NCBI GenBank assembly: GCA_965207075.1
Contig: CBDBLO010000002.1
Location: 256,001-320,000 of the forward strand
Reading direction: 5' to 3'
Length of the DNA: 64,000 nucleotides
Source: Nitrosopumilus sp.
Lineage (GTDB): Archaea > Thermoproteota > Nitrososphaeria > Nitrososphaerales > Nitrosopumilaceae
This document shows positions 39,450 to 49,814 of the stretch, piece by piece; position 1 is the first letter of the stretch; each line of letters opens with the position of its first letter. Under the pieces are notes generated by a model that did no database searches, was not told the DNA's origin, and saw only the letters and a list, made by a program, of their open reading frames with translations. The position numbers were made by a program, and so were the translations under genes.

Positions 39450-41813
39450 TTGGCCGCGATACTCCCCGAGAACGTCGGGTTTCTGGTGATGATAGGCGTG
39501 GGACTCGTGATGGCCCTGACCGTCACGCTGATGGTAAAGGCCGAGACCAAGTGGCTTGGCACGCGCAAGACCTCCGAGTGGTTCTATACCGCGGGCCGCA
39601 CCATAAAGACCGGGCTGATCGCGGCCTCGATAGTGTCGGCCTGGACGTGGGCCGCCACGCTGCTCCAGTCCTCCACTGTAACGTTTGAGTTCGGCGTGGC
39701 CGGCTCGTTCTGGTACGCGGCGGGCGCGTGCATACAGGTCATACTGTTCTCGATACTGGCCGTCGAGCTGAAGCGGAGGGCACCCATGACCCACACGTTC
39801 GCGGAGATGATAAACGTCAGGTACGGAAAGCACGCGCACAAGGTCTTCCTGTTCTTCGGGCTCATGACAAACACGATCGTGACCGCCATGCTCGTGCTGG
39901 GCGGGGCCGCCGTCGTCAACTCGCTTACCGGCGTCGACATCACGCTTGCCGCGTTCCTGCTACCTGCCGGGATCGTACTGTATACCATATTCGGCGGCCT
40001 CAAGGCCACGTTCTTTGCAGAGTACATCAACGCGGGCTTTATCTTCGTGGTCGTGCTGGCGTTCGTGTCGGTGATCTACTTTGTGTCGCCAGACATAGGG
40101 GGGATATCGGGCATGTACGACAAGCTGTCCGCCGCGTCCGTACTGAACCCGGTGGAGGGCAACGCGATGGGAAGCTACCTGACGCTTGCGTCGGCCGGGG
40201 CCCTCGTGTTTGGCGTGATCAACATCGTGGGGAACTTTGGCACCGTGTTTGTGGACCAGTCGTACTGGCAGCGCGCGATCGCGGCCAGGCCCCGCTCCGT
40301 GGTGGGGGGCTTTATCATCGGGGGGCTGGTATGGTTTGCGATACCGTTCACGCTTGCCACCACGCTGGGGTTGGCCGCCATTGCCACCGGCGTGACACTG
40401 AGCGAGGATCAGATCGGGCTGGGCCTCGTCGCGCCCACCGCGGCCGCGGAGATCATGGGGGACATGGGCGCCATCCTGATACTCGCCATCGTGTTTACGG
40501 CCGTGACCGCGGCGGGCTCCTCGCAGCTGGTCAGCGTCTCGTCGCTTATGACATACGACGTGTTCCGGACGTACCTCAAGCCGTCGGCCACGGGCAGGGA
40601 GCTGATGCGCGTCTCCAGGTATGCCATACTGCTGTTCGGGGCCGGGATGGGCCTGATGGCATCCATGCTGTTCCAGCTGGGCGTCAGCCTGCAGTACGTG
40701 TACCTGACGATGGGGATCCTGATAGGATCGGCCGTCGCCCCCATCTCCCTGTCCATACTGTGGGGCCGCACGAACAGGAACGCCGCCACCGTGGCGGCCG
40801 TGACGGGGCTGGTAGCCGGGGTCGCGGCCTGGCTGGGCTCCGCGTCGGCCATACACGGGGAGATCAGTATACTGTCCACCGGCAGCTCCATGCCCCTGCT
40901 TGCCGGGAACGTCGCGTCCATGCTGACGGGGCTGGTCGTTACGGTTGTCGGCAGCATCATGTTCCCGGAGAGGTTCGACTTTAGGGACCTCAAACAGCGC
41001 ATACTCCTTGTCGATGACAGGATCCGCTCCATGCTGCGCCGCGACGCGGACGAGCGCAGGCTTGCGCGCATGTCCGCGCTGTCAAAGCGGATAGGCGTGG
41101 GGGTCTCGATATTCCTGGTGATAGTGTGGCCCGCCTCGCTCTACCTTACCGAGTACGTGTTCACCGAGTTCTCGTTTGCCGTATGGGTGGTCATGGCCAT
41201 AGTGTGGGCCGCGGCCGCGGCCATTGCAGTTATCGTGCTGCCCATACTGGAGGCACGCCACAGCGTAAGGGAGATTGCAGCCAAGATGTTTGGCGCGGGC
41301 GGGCACGGGGACTCTGAGTATGCACGACGGCAGCGGCACGCCGAGGCGTCGCATGGAGACGCCCGCGCACGCGACGGCGATGGAGCGCAGTCCCTGCTCA
41401 AGGTGCTGGTTCCGGTGGACGGCTCCATCGGTTCCCTGCGCGCGCTCAACAACGCAAACCGGCTCCTGAGGGACGTCTCGGCGCTGAGGGTGTACCTCCT
41501 GTACGTGATGGAGTGGGCCGACGAGGACGATTCCGGCGGCGAGGAGAACATGGACGAGCAGCTGAGCAGCCAGATGCGCGAGGAGGGCCGAATAGTACTC
41601 CGTAGCGTGTCGGTTCCTCAGGAGGTGCACAGCTGCACCCGGATCGTAAAGCTCGGCATGCCTGCAAAAAAGATTGCAGAGACGGCCGACAGGCTCGACG
41701 TCGACCTCGTGGCGATGGGCCGCCGCGGACTCGGCGGCACCGACGAGCCGATGGGGCACGTCACCATGGAGGTGATCGGGCTGACCCGGAAGCCGGTGGT
41801 CCTGCTTGACTAG
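39450..41813 (+). CDS. DUR3-type sodium:solute (urea) symporter with C-terminal universal stress protein (USP) domain
   Basis: 'SEWFYTAGR', 'SAWTWAATLLQSS', 'GGLKATF', 'GNFGTVFVDQSYWQ'. C-terminal 'KVLVPVDGS...G.P...IAETA...DLVAMGRRGLG...GHVTMEVI...PVVL'. Confidence 0.9.
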   Translation: MAAILPENVGFLVMIGVGLVMALTVTLMVKAETKWLGTRKTSEWFYTAGRTIKTGLIAASIVSAWTWAATLLQSSTVTFEFGVAGSFWYAAGACIQVILFSILAVELKRRAPMTHTFAEMINVRYGKHAHKVFLFFGLMTNTIVTAMLVLGGAAVVNSLTGVDITLAAFLLPAGIVLYTIFGGLKATFFAEYINAGFIFVVVLAFVSVIYFVSPDIGGISGMYDKLSAASVLNPVEGNAMGSYLTLASAGALVFGVINIVGNFGTVFVDQSYWQRAIAARPRSVVGGFIIGGLVWFAIPFTLATTLGLAAIATGVTLSEDQIGLGLVAPTAAAEIMGDMGAILILAIVFTAVTAAGSSQLVSVSSLMTYDVFRTYLKPSATGRELMRVSRYAILLFGAGMGLMASMLFQLGVSLQYVYLTMGILIGSAVAPISLSILWGRTNRNAATVAAVTGLVAGVAAWLGSASAIHGEISILSTGSSMPLLAGNVASMLTGLVVTVVGSIMFPERFDFRDLKQRILLVDDRIRSMLRRDADERRLARMSALSKRIGVGVSIFLVIVWPASLYLTEYVFTEFSFAVWVVMAIVWAAAAAIAVIVLPILEARHSVREIAAKMFGAGGHGDSEYARRQRHAEASHGDARARDGDGAQSLLKVLVPVDGSIGSLRALNNANRLLRDVSALRVYLLYVMEWADEDDSGGEENMDEQLSSQMREEGRIVLRSVSVPQEVHSCTRIVKLGMPAKKIAETADRLDVDLVAMGRRGLGGTDEPMGHVTMEVIGLTRKPVVLLD

Positions 41814-41941
41814 CAGGATGCCGCCGGGCTTTCCTGCGATGCACTCTGGCCAGTTATTTTTTTTGCATTGATGTGGCGGGCGTTCTCCGTGATCGAATCC
41901 ACGTTGCACACTCTTAATAGCCCGGGCATGGCTCCCACCTT

Positions 41942-43180
41942 GTGAATGGCAACAACGGCGGTCCGTTCGAGCTGCTCCTGTCTGATCTTGAGGCGCACGC
42001 CACCGCGCGTGCGCACGACGACAGGGTGCGGGCCGTGGCAAAGACCCGGTTTGAGATGAGGCCGTCGGGGTTTGTAGGCATAAGGCCCGACCCGTCGCCT
42101 CCCAGAAGGACGGCCTTTGTCGACGGCGGCAACAGGGTACTGGCCGAGGCGCCGGATTACCTGATCGTGCTTAATCGAGTGTATTATTCAGTATTTCGGG
42201 GAGCCGAGAAGCTCGGACTGCGCGATCGCATGGAAGATGGCGGCCAATGCAACGGCCGCGACGGTGACGGTTTGACTAGGCAGAGGACGACGACATTCCT
42301 ATCGTGCGTGCTGCCGCACGCGGGCGATACTGCCGCACGCGGCGGCACGCGCGATGATGATGACAGCGATGGCAGTGACGATGGCAGTGACGGCAACTCA
42401 AGTCCCCCGGAACCGCTGAGATTCGACACCCGGATCTACCCGTACGGGCGAGGGTTCCTTGGGTGCCTTCCTGACAGGGACGAGCTCCTCTCAATCTCGG
42501 ACGGCAAGACCACGGCCCTTGACGGCTCCGCCCCGCTTGCCTCGCTTGCCCGGCGGCTTGCCGAGATCAGGCTCGCGACCCGGATAGCATCCGACGAGCT
42601 TGGACCCGGCGACATACTGGTCTTGGACGGCTCGCTTCAGACCTCGCTTGACGTCGAGAGGCAGTATGCCGGCAGGCTGTACGATACGGCGGCGAGGAGG
42701 GGCGTCATAGTATGCGGGCTTGCAAAGACCACCCGGCTGCTTACAGAGTCCGGCGAGCCGCTGCTGGCGCGCGTGTCGGAGATCGCCGCCAAGGCGGGGC
42801 ACGACCGGTGGTACGTACCCGTTGCCGAGGGGATGTTCGGTGACGGCCTGACCTCGATGCTTGCGGCAAAGCTCCACCCAAGGTCGCGGTTCGTATTCCG
42901 GGTTGACGTGCTGTGCAAGCAGTTTCGGGAGATGGACGGCGCCCAGCGAAACGCCGTGTTCTGGAGCCTGGCGGCCAACTCTGGCGACGTTGCGGCACTG
43001 GGGTATCCATACGGGCTGATCGACGCGGACAAGCACGCGCAGGTGCGCAAAAAGGAGGCCGCGATGTACAGGCGCTCCCTCTACTCCCGCATGGAGGGAC
43101 GTCCGGAGCGGCGGCGCGTGCTGGCGCGCCACCCTGATTCGATTATATTCCATGACATTCTCAACAGGGTGACCGGGTGA
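41942..43180 (+). CDS. nurA: DNA double-strand break repair nuclease NurA
   Basis: 'AFVDGG', 'RRLAE', 'LVLDGSL', 'GLAKTT', 'GYPYGLIDADKHA'. Operon context supports the call. Confidence 0.88.
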   Translation: MNGNNGGPFELLLSDLEAHATARAHDDRVRAVAKTRFEMRPSGFVGIRPDPSPPRRTAFVDGGNRVLAEAPDYLIVLNRVYYSVFRGAEKLGLRDRMEDGGQCNGRDGDGLTRQRTTTFLSCVLPHAGDTAARGGTRDDDDSDGSDDGSDGNSSPPEPLRFDTRIYPYGRGFLGCLPDRDELLSISDGKTTALDGSAPLASLARRLAEIRLATRIASDELGPGDILVLDGSLQTSLDVERQYAGRLYDTAARRGVIVCGLAKTTRLLTESGEPLLARVSEIAAKAGHDRWYVPVAEGMFGDGLTSMLAAKLHPRSRFVFRVDVLCKQFREMDGAQRNAVFWSLAANSGDVAALGYPYGLIDADKHAQVRKKEAAMYRRSLYSRMEGRPERRRVLARHPDSIIFHDILNRVTG

Positions 43181-44985
43181 TGAGGGGACGGGCCGGCAGT
43201 CTTGACGTGATGGGCCAGGTGATCGGGGGCGGGTTCGGCCAGATCCTGGTGCGGCAGAAGGCGGGCGCGACCCTGGAGATCGGCGACATACTGGTCCTGG
43301 AGGAGAGGGAGACGGGAGACAACCTTGTCCTGTCCGTCTTTGACCTGAGGTACGCGTCGCAGATAGACGACAAGATGCACGAGATGATATCGGGCGTGGC
43401 GCTCGAGGAGGAGGAGGAGGGGCAGCCTGGGGAATCCACGTTCTACGAGCCGGACATTGTAAACTATGTGATCGCAAGCATAAGGCCGCTTGCCCGGGTG
43501 GGGACGGCGCCCGACGGTGACGGGGACGTGCCTGTCAGCACCCCCAAGGCGCTGCCCCCGTTTCACAGCACGCTGAGGCCCGTCAGGAGGGAGGATCTGG
43601 CGTTTCTGGAGAAGAGGAACCAGGACGGCCTCTTTGTCGGAAGCATAAGGAGCGGCTCGGAGGTGATAGAGGACGCCAGGGTCATGCTTCCGGTCAGGGA
43701 CATATTCAAGCACCACGTGCTGATTCCTGCCACCACGGGCAGGGGCAAGTCCAACCTGGTAAAGTCGATGCTGTGGAACGTGATGGACTCGGGGACCAGG
43801 GTCGGGATCCTGGTGCTTGACGCCCACGACGAGTACTATGGCAAGACGGGCATGGGGCTCAAGAACCACGGCAGTGCGACGGACAGGCTGGTGTACTATA
43901 CCACGGAGCGCCGCACGCTGCCCGGGGCGCGCACGTTTTCGATAAACATCAGGGCCGTGGAGCCGCGCCACTTTGAGGGGATCGTAGAGTTCTCCGACGC
44001 GCAGCTGAGGGCCATACACGGGTTTTACGCCACGCACGGCGAGGACTGGATCGCGGCCATAATGGGGGCCGCCGGCCCCGGATATGACGCCGCCGCTGCA
44101 GCGGCCGAAGGCCCGCACGACCATAACGGCGGCGACGATTACGATGACGTCCTGAGGGAGGCCGGCGCCAACAACCATGACAGTAATGACAGCAGCAGCG
44201 ACGGCGGCAACAGCAAGGGCGGCAAGGGCAGCCGGGACGGCGACGGTCCGGCGCGCTCCACCATGTCAGTTGTGCGGCGCAAGCTGGAGATGACGCTTGA
44301 CATATACACAACGGGCAAGAAAAGCCGCACGATGCACTCCAGGAACGCCGTGTTTGATCCGGACACGAAGGGCGCCACCACCGTCCAGGACATCGTGCAC
44401 GACATGGAGTCCGGCAAGATAGTCGTGCTTGACACGTCGCAGCTTAACAGCGCGGCGGAGCTCGTGGTCGGAAACATAGTCGCGACGAGCCTACTTGAAA
44501 GGTACAAGTATTACAAGACCCAGGGCACGCTGAGCCAGAAGCCCGTCACGTCCATCGTAATCGAGGAGGCGCCCCGCGTGATAGGCGAGGACGTGCTTGC
44601 GTCAAAGAACGACAACATATACGCCACGATAGCGCGGGAGGGGCGCAAGTTCCAGGTGGGACTCGTGGCCGTAACGCAGCTTGCAAGCGTGATTCCAAAG
44701 TCCATACTGGCCAACATGAACACGAAGATCATACTGGGCAACGAGATGAAGCAGGAGCGGGAGGCCCTGATAGCGTCCGCGTCCCAGGACCTGTCAAGCG
44801 ACGACAAGAACATAGCGAGTCTGGACAGGGGCGAGGCCATCATAACCAGCATATTCGTCCCGTTCGCGATACCGATCAAGGTCCCAAAGTTCGAGGATCT
44901 GGCGGGTGGTGCGGGGGCGGCAGCGACGGATGCGGGGGCCACAGGGCGCGGCAACAACCAGCGGGTGAGGGTGTTCGGGCAGTGA
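43177..44985 (+). CDS. herA: HerA helicase/translocase
   Basis: N-terminal HAS barrel, 'HVLIPATTGRGKSN', 'VLDAHDEY', 'VIEEA', 'IAREGRKFQVG..AVTQ'. Confidence 0.92.
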   Translation: MMRGRAGSLDVMGQVIGGGFGQILVRQKAGATLEIGDILVLEERETGDNLVLSVFDLRYASQIDDKMHEMISGVALEEEEEGQPGESTFYEPDIVNYVIASIRPLARVGTAPDGDGDVPVSTPKALPPFHSTLRPVRREDLAFLEKRNQDGLFVGSIRSGSEVIEDARVMLPVRDIFKHHVLIPATTGRGKSNLVKSMLWNVMDSGTRVGILVLDAHDEYYGKTGMGLKNHGSATDRLVYYTTERRTLPGARTFSINIRAVEPRHFEGIVEFSDAQLRAIHGFYATHGEDWIAAIMGAAGPGYDAAAAAAEGPHDHNGGDDYDDVLREAGANNHDSNDSSSDGGNSKGGKGSRDGDGPARSTMSVVRRKLEMTLDIYTTGKKSRTMHSRNAVFDPDTKGATTVQDIVHDMESGKIVVLDTSQLNSAAELVVGNIVATSLLERYKYYKTQGTLSQKPVTSIVIEEAPRVIGEDVLASKNDNIYATIAREGRKFQVGLVAVTQLASVIPKSILANMNTKIILGNEMKQEREALIASASQDLSSDDKNIASLDRGEAIITSIFVPFAIPIKVPKFEDLAGGAGAAATDAGATGRGNNQRVRVFGQ

Positions 44986-46274
44986 AGTTTGCGCACTTTT
45001 CGGACATCCACCTGGGGTTCCAAAAGTCAAGGCCGCTCCAGGGCGTGGAGCAGGACGTCTTTGAGCGCGCGCTGGACGACTGCATAGAGCGCTCAGTCGA
45101 CTTTATCCTGGTATGCGGTGACACGTTCCACGTCAACATACCGGAGATGCGGGTGCAAAAGTTCACGTTCGCGGCACTGCGCAGGGTGCACGAGGCCGGC
45201 ATTCCCGTATACGCGATATACGGCAGCCACGACTTTTCCCCGTCGGCCACCTCCGTCATCGACCTGCTTGCGGAGACGGGCTACATCACAAACGTCCAAA
45301 GGCTCACGGGCAACGACGACGGCACCATGTCACTGGGGTTTGTCACGGACGAAAAGACGGGCGCAAAGCTTGCCGGCATCAGCGGGCTTGGCGCGTCAAA
45401 GGACATCACGTACTATGAAAAGCTCGACCGCGGCCCGCTGGAGGCAGAGCGGGGCCTCCGCATATTCATGTTCCACGGGCCGGTCTCCGAGATGCGCACG
45501 GCCGACGACGCGGCCCAGGCGGCGGACGCGGCCATGCCGCTGTCGTACATGCCACGGAATTTTGACTATTACGCGGGCGGCCACATACACAGGTTCCGCC
45601 ACGAGTCGTTTGAGGATTACCCGCACGTGGTGTATCCCGGAACGACGTTTGCCGGGTTCCACTCGGATCTGGAGGAGAATGCGCGCGGCGCCACGCGCGG
45701 GTACGTGCTGGCCGAGTTTGACGATACCGGCATCACGGACGTGCGGCAGATCGGGATAAAGAACTGCGAGTATGACATGATACGGGTAAACGCGACCCAC
45801 AAGACGTCGCATGCCGTAAGCGAGGAGATCGACCAGAAGCTTGCGGGCGTCGAGCCGGCCGACAAGGTAGTAATACTGAGCGTGTCAGGCAGGATGTCGG
45901 AGGGAAAGACCACAGACGTCGACTTTGCGGCCATATCGGGCAGCCTGCAGGGAAGGGGCGCAGTCGAGGTGAAGATCAGCAGGCGCCAGCTGTCCTCCGC
46001 CGAGTACGAGATAACGGAGTCAAAGGGGGAGACCGCCGAGGAGATTGCCGTAAACACCTTTGGGGAGAACATAGGCCAAGTCGACTCCGGGGCCGCGGGG
46101 CTGACCGGCAGGAATGGGGCGGAACTTGCAAAGAGGCTGCTTGACATACTGGGCAGGCCGGCCCTCGAGAACGAGCCGCTCACAGTCTACCGGGAGCGCG
46201 TGGCCGACGAGGCCGCGGCGGCGCTCGAGCTGGACGGAGAGGGGGGGAGAGAGGGAGGGGAGGAACAGGAATGA
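44982..46274 (+). CDS. mre11: Mre11 nuclease
   Basis: 'HFSDIHLG', 'GDTFH', 'GSHD', 'MFHG', 'YYAGGHIH', 'YPG'. Confidence 0.93.
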   Translation: MKFAHFSDIHLGFQKSRPLQGVEQDVFERALDDCIERSVDFILVCGDTFHVNIPEMRVQKFTFAALRRVHEAGIPVYAIYGSHDFSPSATSVIDLLAETGYITNVQRLTGNDDGTMSLGFVTDEKTGAKLAGISGLGASKDITYYEKLDRGPLEAERGLRIFMFHGPVSEMRTADDAAQAADAAMPLSYMPRNFDYYAGGHIHRFRHESFEDYPHVVYPGTTFAGFHSDLEENARGATRGYVLAEFDDTGITDVRQIGIKNCEYDMIRVNATHKTSHAVSEEIDQKLAGVEPADKVVILSVSGRMSEGKTTDVDFAAISGSLQGRGAVEVKISRRQLSSAEYEITESKGETAEEIAVNTFGENIGQVDSGAAGLTGRNGAELAKRLLDILGRPALENEPLTVYRERVADEAAAALELDGEGGREGGEEQE

Positions 46275-48712
46275 TTCTCGACTCGCTCACGCTGACCAAC
46301 ATCCGGAGCCACCGCGACACCGAGATAAAGTTCCCTACGGGCATCACCATATTCAGCGGCGACATCGGCTCTGGCAAGTCCACCATACTGATGGGAATCG
46401 AGTTTGCACTGTTCGGCAGCGGATCCGTCAAGGGGGAGAGCCTTCTCTCAAAGGGCGCGGACTCCGGCGAGATAATGCTTACGTTCCACGTCGGCGACAC
46501 CAAGTACGAGGTGGGCAGGACGCTCAGACGGGCCCGCGGGAAGATCGCGCAGGACCCCAAGGGCTCGTACCTCCGCGCAGACAACGTGCTCGAGCCTCTC
46601 ACCACGAAGCAGCTGGACGGGCGCATCCTGGAGATCCTGAGGCTCAACGAGCCGTCCAGCTCCAACGCCAAGAGCCGCATATACCGGTATGCCGTGTTCA
46701 CCCCACAGGACGAGATGAAGTCCATACTGTGGGATACGGACAAGCGCCTCGAGACCATACGCAAGATATTCCGCATGGAAGAGTACCAGACGGCCGTGGA
46801 GAACGCGAATTTTCTCAGACAAAGGATGCGCGACGAGGCAAACAGACTGGAGGCAAAGTTCGAGGATCTGGGCGACAAGAGGTCGGAGCTTGCGGACACG
46901 GAGCGGAACATACGCGACATCACGGCCGAGATATCCGCCGGATCCGAGGCAGAACGAGACCTAGGGGTACTGGAGAAGACCGCAAGGGACGAGGTATCGC
47001 GGTACGAGGGCCGAATGGCCGATAAGAACGCGCTCGACGTAAGGTATGCCGGCATCCGCTCCCGGCTGGACGGGGAGGAGCACATGCGCGCGGAATGCAA
47101 GAGGAGGATGGAGGAGAACCGGAGCCGCATGGACTCTGTCAGGGCCGAGTCCGTCGAGATCTCAAGGATCCAGAGTCCCACGGGGCGCACCATGGAGCAG
47201 ATACGCGAGGAGATCGCGCGGTTCGAGGCGCTCGGCGAGGAGATCATAAGGACGCGCGCCGATGCCAGCTCGGTGGCCGGGCGGATCGACGCGCTGCGGG
47301 CAAAGCTGCAGGGGAGAACGGACGCGGGTGCCATAAGGGAGGAGGCCGACAGGTGCGAGTCGGAGCTTGGCTCGCGCACAAGAACGCTGGATGACATGCG
47401 CCGCGCGCGCGAGGACACCACCACCGCAAGGACGGCGGCCGCCGTCGAGGAGAACAGGCTGAACGAGGACGTTGCGTCGCTTCAAAAGCTCGGGGCAAGG
47501 TGCAGCCTGTGCGGACACAAGCTGACAAAGGAGCACATAGCCCGGCAGGGAGAGGAGAGGCGCGAGGCGATGGCCGCCGCCCGGTCAAGGAAGAGCGCGC
47601 TAGACGTAAAGTACGAGGCCGAATCCGACCGGATTCGGGACGCGGAGGCCGACGCGGAGAGGCTCAAAAGTACGCTGGCCTCGCTGCGGGTTATGATACC
47701 GGACGCGGAGGAGCACCGGCGGCTTGGCTCCGAACTGGCGCGGCTCCAGGCCAGCTTGAAGTCGCTTGACGCAAAGAACGTAGTGTCGCCGGAGCCAGGA
47801 TTCCCCGCCGACTCCGGCCGCACGCAGACGCCGGCCGAGTACCTCTCGGCGCTAAAGGACGCCCTTGTCGAGTACGAGAACAACACGAGGCGCGCGGCCG
47901 ACATCGCCGACGAGCTGGAGCGACTGGAGGCGGCCGACAAAAGCGACCGTACGGAGATGGAAGAGTCGCTGGAGCGCACGCGCGGCTTCGAGTCGGAGCT
48001 CAGCAGGGTCTCTGCAACACTCGAGTCATACAAGGGCGACGACGAGGCCGCGTCGGCCGCAAAGGCAAGACTCGACGACGCGCGCCAATCGCTTGCCGAC
48101 GTGCGCGAAAAGCTCGCCGTAAAAAAAGCGGACTTGGAGAACGCAAACCGGGCCGTGTCGCGGCTGGGGGCCGACGTTGCAGAGGCAGAGCGCCTTGAAG
48201 AAAGGCACGGGAGGTACACCGCCTGCATGAACTGGCTATCCGACTTTTTCACCCCCACCGTGTCCCAGATAGAGAAGACGGTCCTGCTGACACTGCAACG
48301 GACGTTCAACGAGTCGTACCGTACGTGGCATGCCAAGCTGATAGACGACCCGACAAAGGACTCCTACATAGACGAGGAGTTTGCGCCCATAGTGGAGCAG
48401 GACGGGTACGTGCAGAGCGTGGAGTATCTGAGCGGCGGCGAGAAGACAAGCGTGGCGCTCTCCTACCGGCTGGCCCTCAACCACATGGTGAGGAAGGAGG
48501 CCGGGGGCCTGGAGTCGAGCCTGCTGATACTCGACGAGCCTACAGACGGGCTCTCCAAGGGACAGCTGGGACACGTAAAGGAGCTGCTCGACGGGCTGAA
48601 CTCGGAGCAGATCATACTGGTCTCCCACGACGACGAGATGGTAGCGCACGCAGAGCACGTCTTCAAGATTGAAAAGTCGTCCGGGGCCACCGCGGTCAGA
48701 CAGATACAGTAG
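46271..48712 (+). CDS. rad50: Rad50 SMC-like ATPase
   Basis: 'NIRSH', 'GDIGSGKST', coiled coil with zinc hook 'CSLCG', 'LSGGE', 'ILDEPT', 'VSH'. Confidence 0.94.
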   Translation: MILDSLTLTNIRSHRDTEIKFPTGITIFSGDIGSGKSTILMGIEFALFGSGSVKGESLLSKGADSGEIMLTFHVGDTKYEVGRTLRRARGKIAQDPKGSYLRADNVLEPLTTKQLDGRILEILRLNEPSSSNAKSRIYRYAVFTPQDEMKSILWDTDKRLETIRKIFRMEEYQTAVENANFLRQRMRDEANRLEAKFEDLGDKRSELADTERNIRDITAEISAGSEAERDLGVLEKTARDEVSRYEGRMADKNALDVRYAGIRSRLDGEEHMRAECKRRMEENRSRMDSVRAESVEISRIQSPTGRTMEQIREEIARFEALGEEIIRTRADASSVAGRIDALRAKLQGRTDAGAIREEADRCESELGSRTRTLDDMRRAREDTTTARTAAAVEENRLNEDVASLQKLGARCSLCGHKLTKEHIARQGEERREAMAAARSRKSALDVKYEAESDRIRDAEADAERLKSTLASLRVMIPDAEEHRRLGSELARLQASLKSLDAKNVVSPEPGFPADSGRTQTPAEYLSALKDALVEYENNTRRAADIADELERLEAADKSDRTEMEESLERTRGFESELSRVSATLESYKGDDEAASAAKARLDDARQSLADVREKLAVKKADLENANRAVSRLGADVAEAERLEERHGRYTACMNWLSDFFTPTVSQIEKTVLLTLQRTFNESYRTWHAKLIDDPTKDSYIDEEFAPIVEQDGYVQSVEYLSGGEKTSVALSYRLALNHMVRKEAGGLESSLLILDEPTDGLSKGQLGHVKELLDGLNSEQIILVSHDDEMVAHAEHVFKIEKSSGATAVRQIQ

Positions 48713-48767
48713 GCGTGCGGGCGCGGCCCCGCCGTCCGGCGGATTGCGCGCCGTGCCGACAACGCAG

Positions 48768-49814
48768 TCAGCTCTTTCTGATGTCGGTAAAGGGGGCGCC
48801 CAGAACAATCTTTCTTGCGTAAGCGGCGGCCTCCGTTACTGCGGATCCTACGGACTCGGTGTCGCGTCCTAGCAGCCTTGCCATCACCCCAGTGTTGCCG
48901 CTCATTACGGTGGCGCCGCCTGCAACTTCGCCGTGCCGGAGTATGATGTCGTCGATGCCCTTTTGCAGGACTTCCACGTATTTTTTTTCTGTAATAACGT
49001 ACAACGAGGATACGACGTCGTACTTTTCCATTATTCCAAACGACTTTATGTTCGGCGTTGATTTGTTTGCGGATTGTGACTGTAGATGCGATGTCTGTTT
49101 CGGGGTCGATGTTTGTGAGGATGACGATAAAGATGCTGTTCGCGGCGATGCTGCTGACGCTGCTGACGCTGATGGCTGCAAGGACACGATCCGCGGCTCC
49201 ATCCTTGCCGCATCCACAAACCTGAACCTCTCGTCCTGATCCGTGACGCGCATCCTCAGACTGCATGACTCGTACGCAAACGACTCGCCCATTCCGACGC
49301 GCCCGGGTGATACGGTCTCCGCGTACACCAGAGTTGCAGTCTCGTGCACGGACATGACCGCATCCTGCCGGAACCTGGATCCCGCGTACGGGATTATCTG
49401 GTCGGGCATGTACTCCAGATACGAGCTCTCGCCCAGCGACAGGCGAAGCGACGCCCGCGCCGCCGGCTTCTTTTCTGTACGCGCCGAGTCTCTTGTCCCG
49501 TATATCCTGGTGGCCCCCTGCGTCGTGATGTGGGCCCTCGCCCCGCCGCCCAGATCAAACCTCGTGACGTGCCTGTCGCCCTGGAGTATGCCGCCGGACG
49601 TGGACGTGACATATACGTACGCCATGTCTGGCAGGGATTGCTCACAGTAGAGCGCCCTCTGTACCGCCAGGGGCGGCTCTGCACGCTGGCCCGCAATTAT
49701 CGTCTTGGCGCCGTCATGGAGCAGCGACAGGTGCAGGCGCCCCTCCATGCCTGTCCTGTGGGGCGGTATGACGTCCGCGGCAGCCGCGGCCTCCGCCCCG
49801 GCCGCGGCCCCCAT
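48768..49814 (-). CDS. ureD: Urease accessory protein UreD
   Basis: 'PLAVQR', 'SGGILQGD', 'ITTQGATRIY', 'LEYMPDQIIPY', 'PGR..MGE.F'. Start overlaps the ureG stop. Confidence 0.92.
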   Translation of the reverse strand: MGAAAGAEAAAAADVIPPHRTGMEGRLHLSLLHDGAKTIIAGQRAEPPLAVQRALYCEQSLPDMAYVYVTSTSGGILQGDRHVTRFDLGGGARAHITTQGATRIYGTRDSARTEKKPAARASLRLSLGESSYLEYMPDQIIPYAGSRFRQDAVMSVHETATLVYAETVSPGRVGMGESFAYESCSLRMRVTDQDERFRFVDAARMEPRIVSLQPSASAASAASPRTASLSSSSQTSTPKQTSHLQSQSANKSTPNIKSFGIMEKYDVVSSLYVITEKKYVEVLQKGIDDIILRHGEVAGGATVMSGNTGVMARLLGRDTESVGSAVTEAAAYARKIVLGAPFTDIRKS

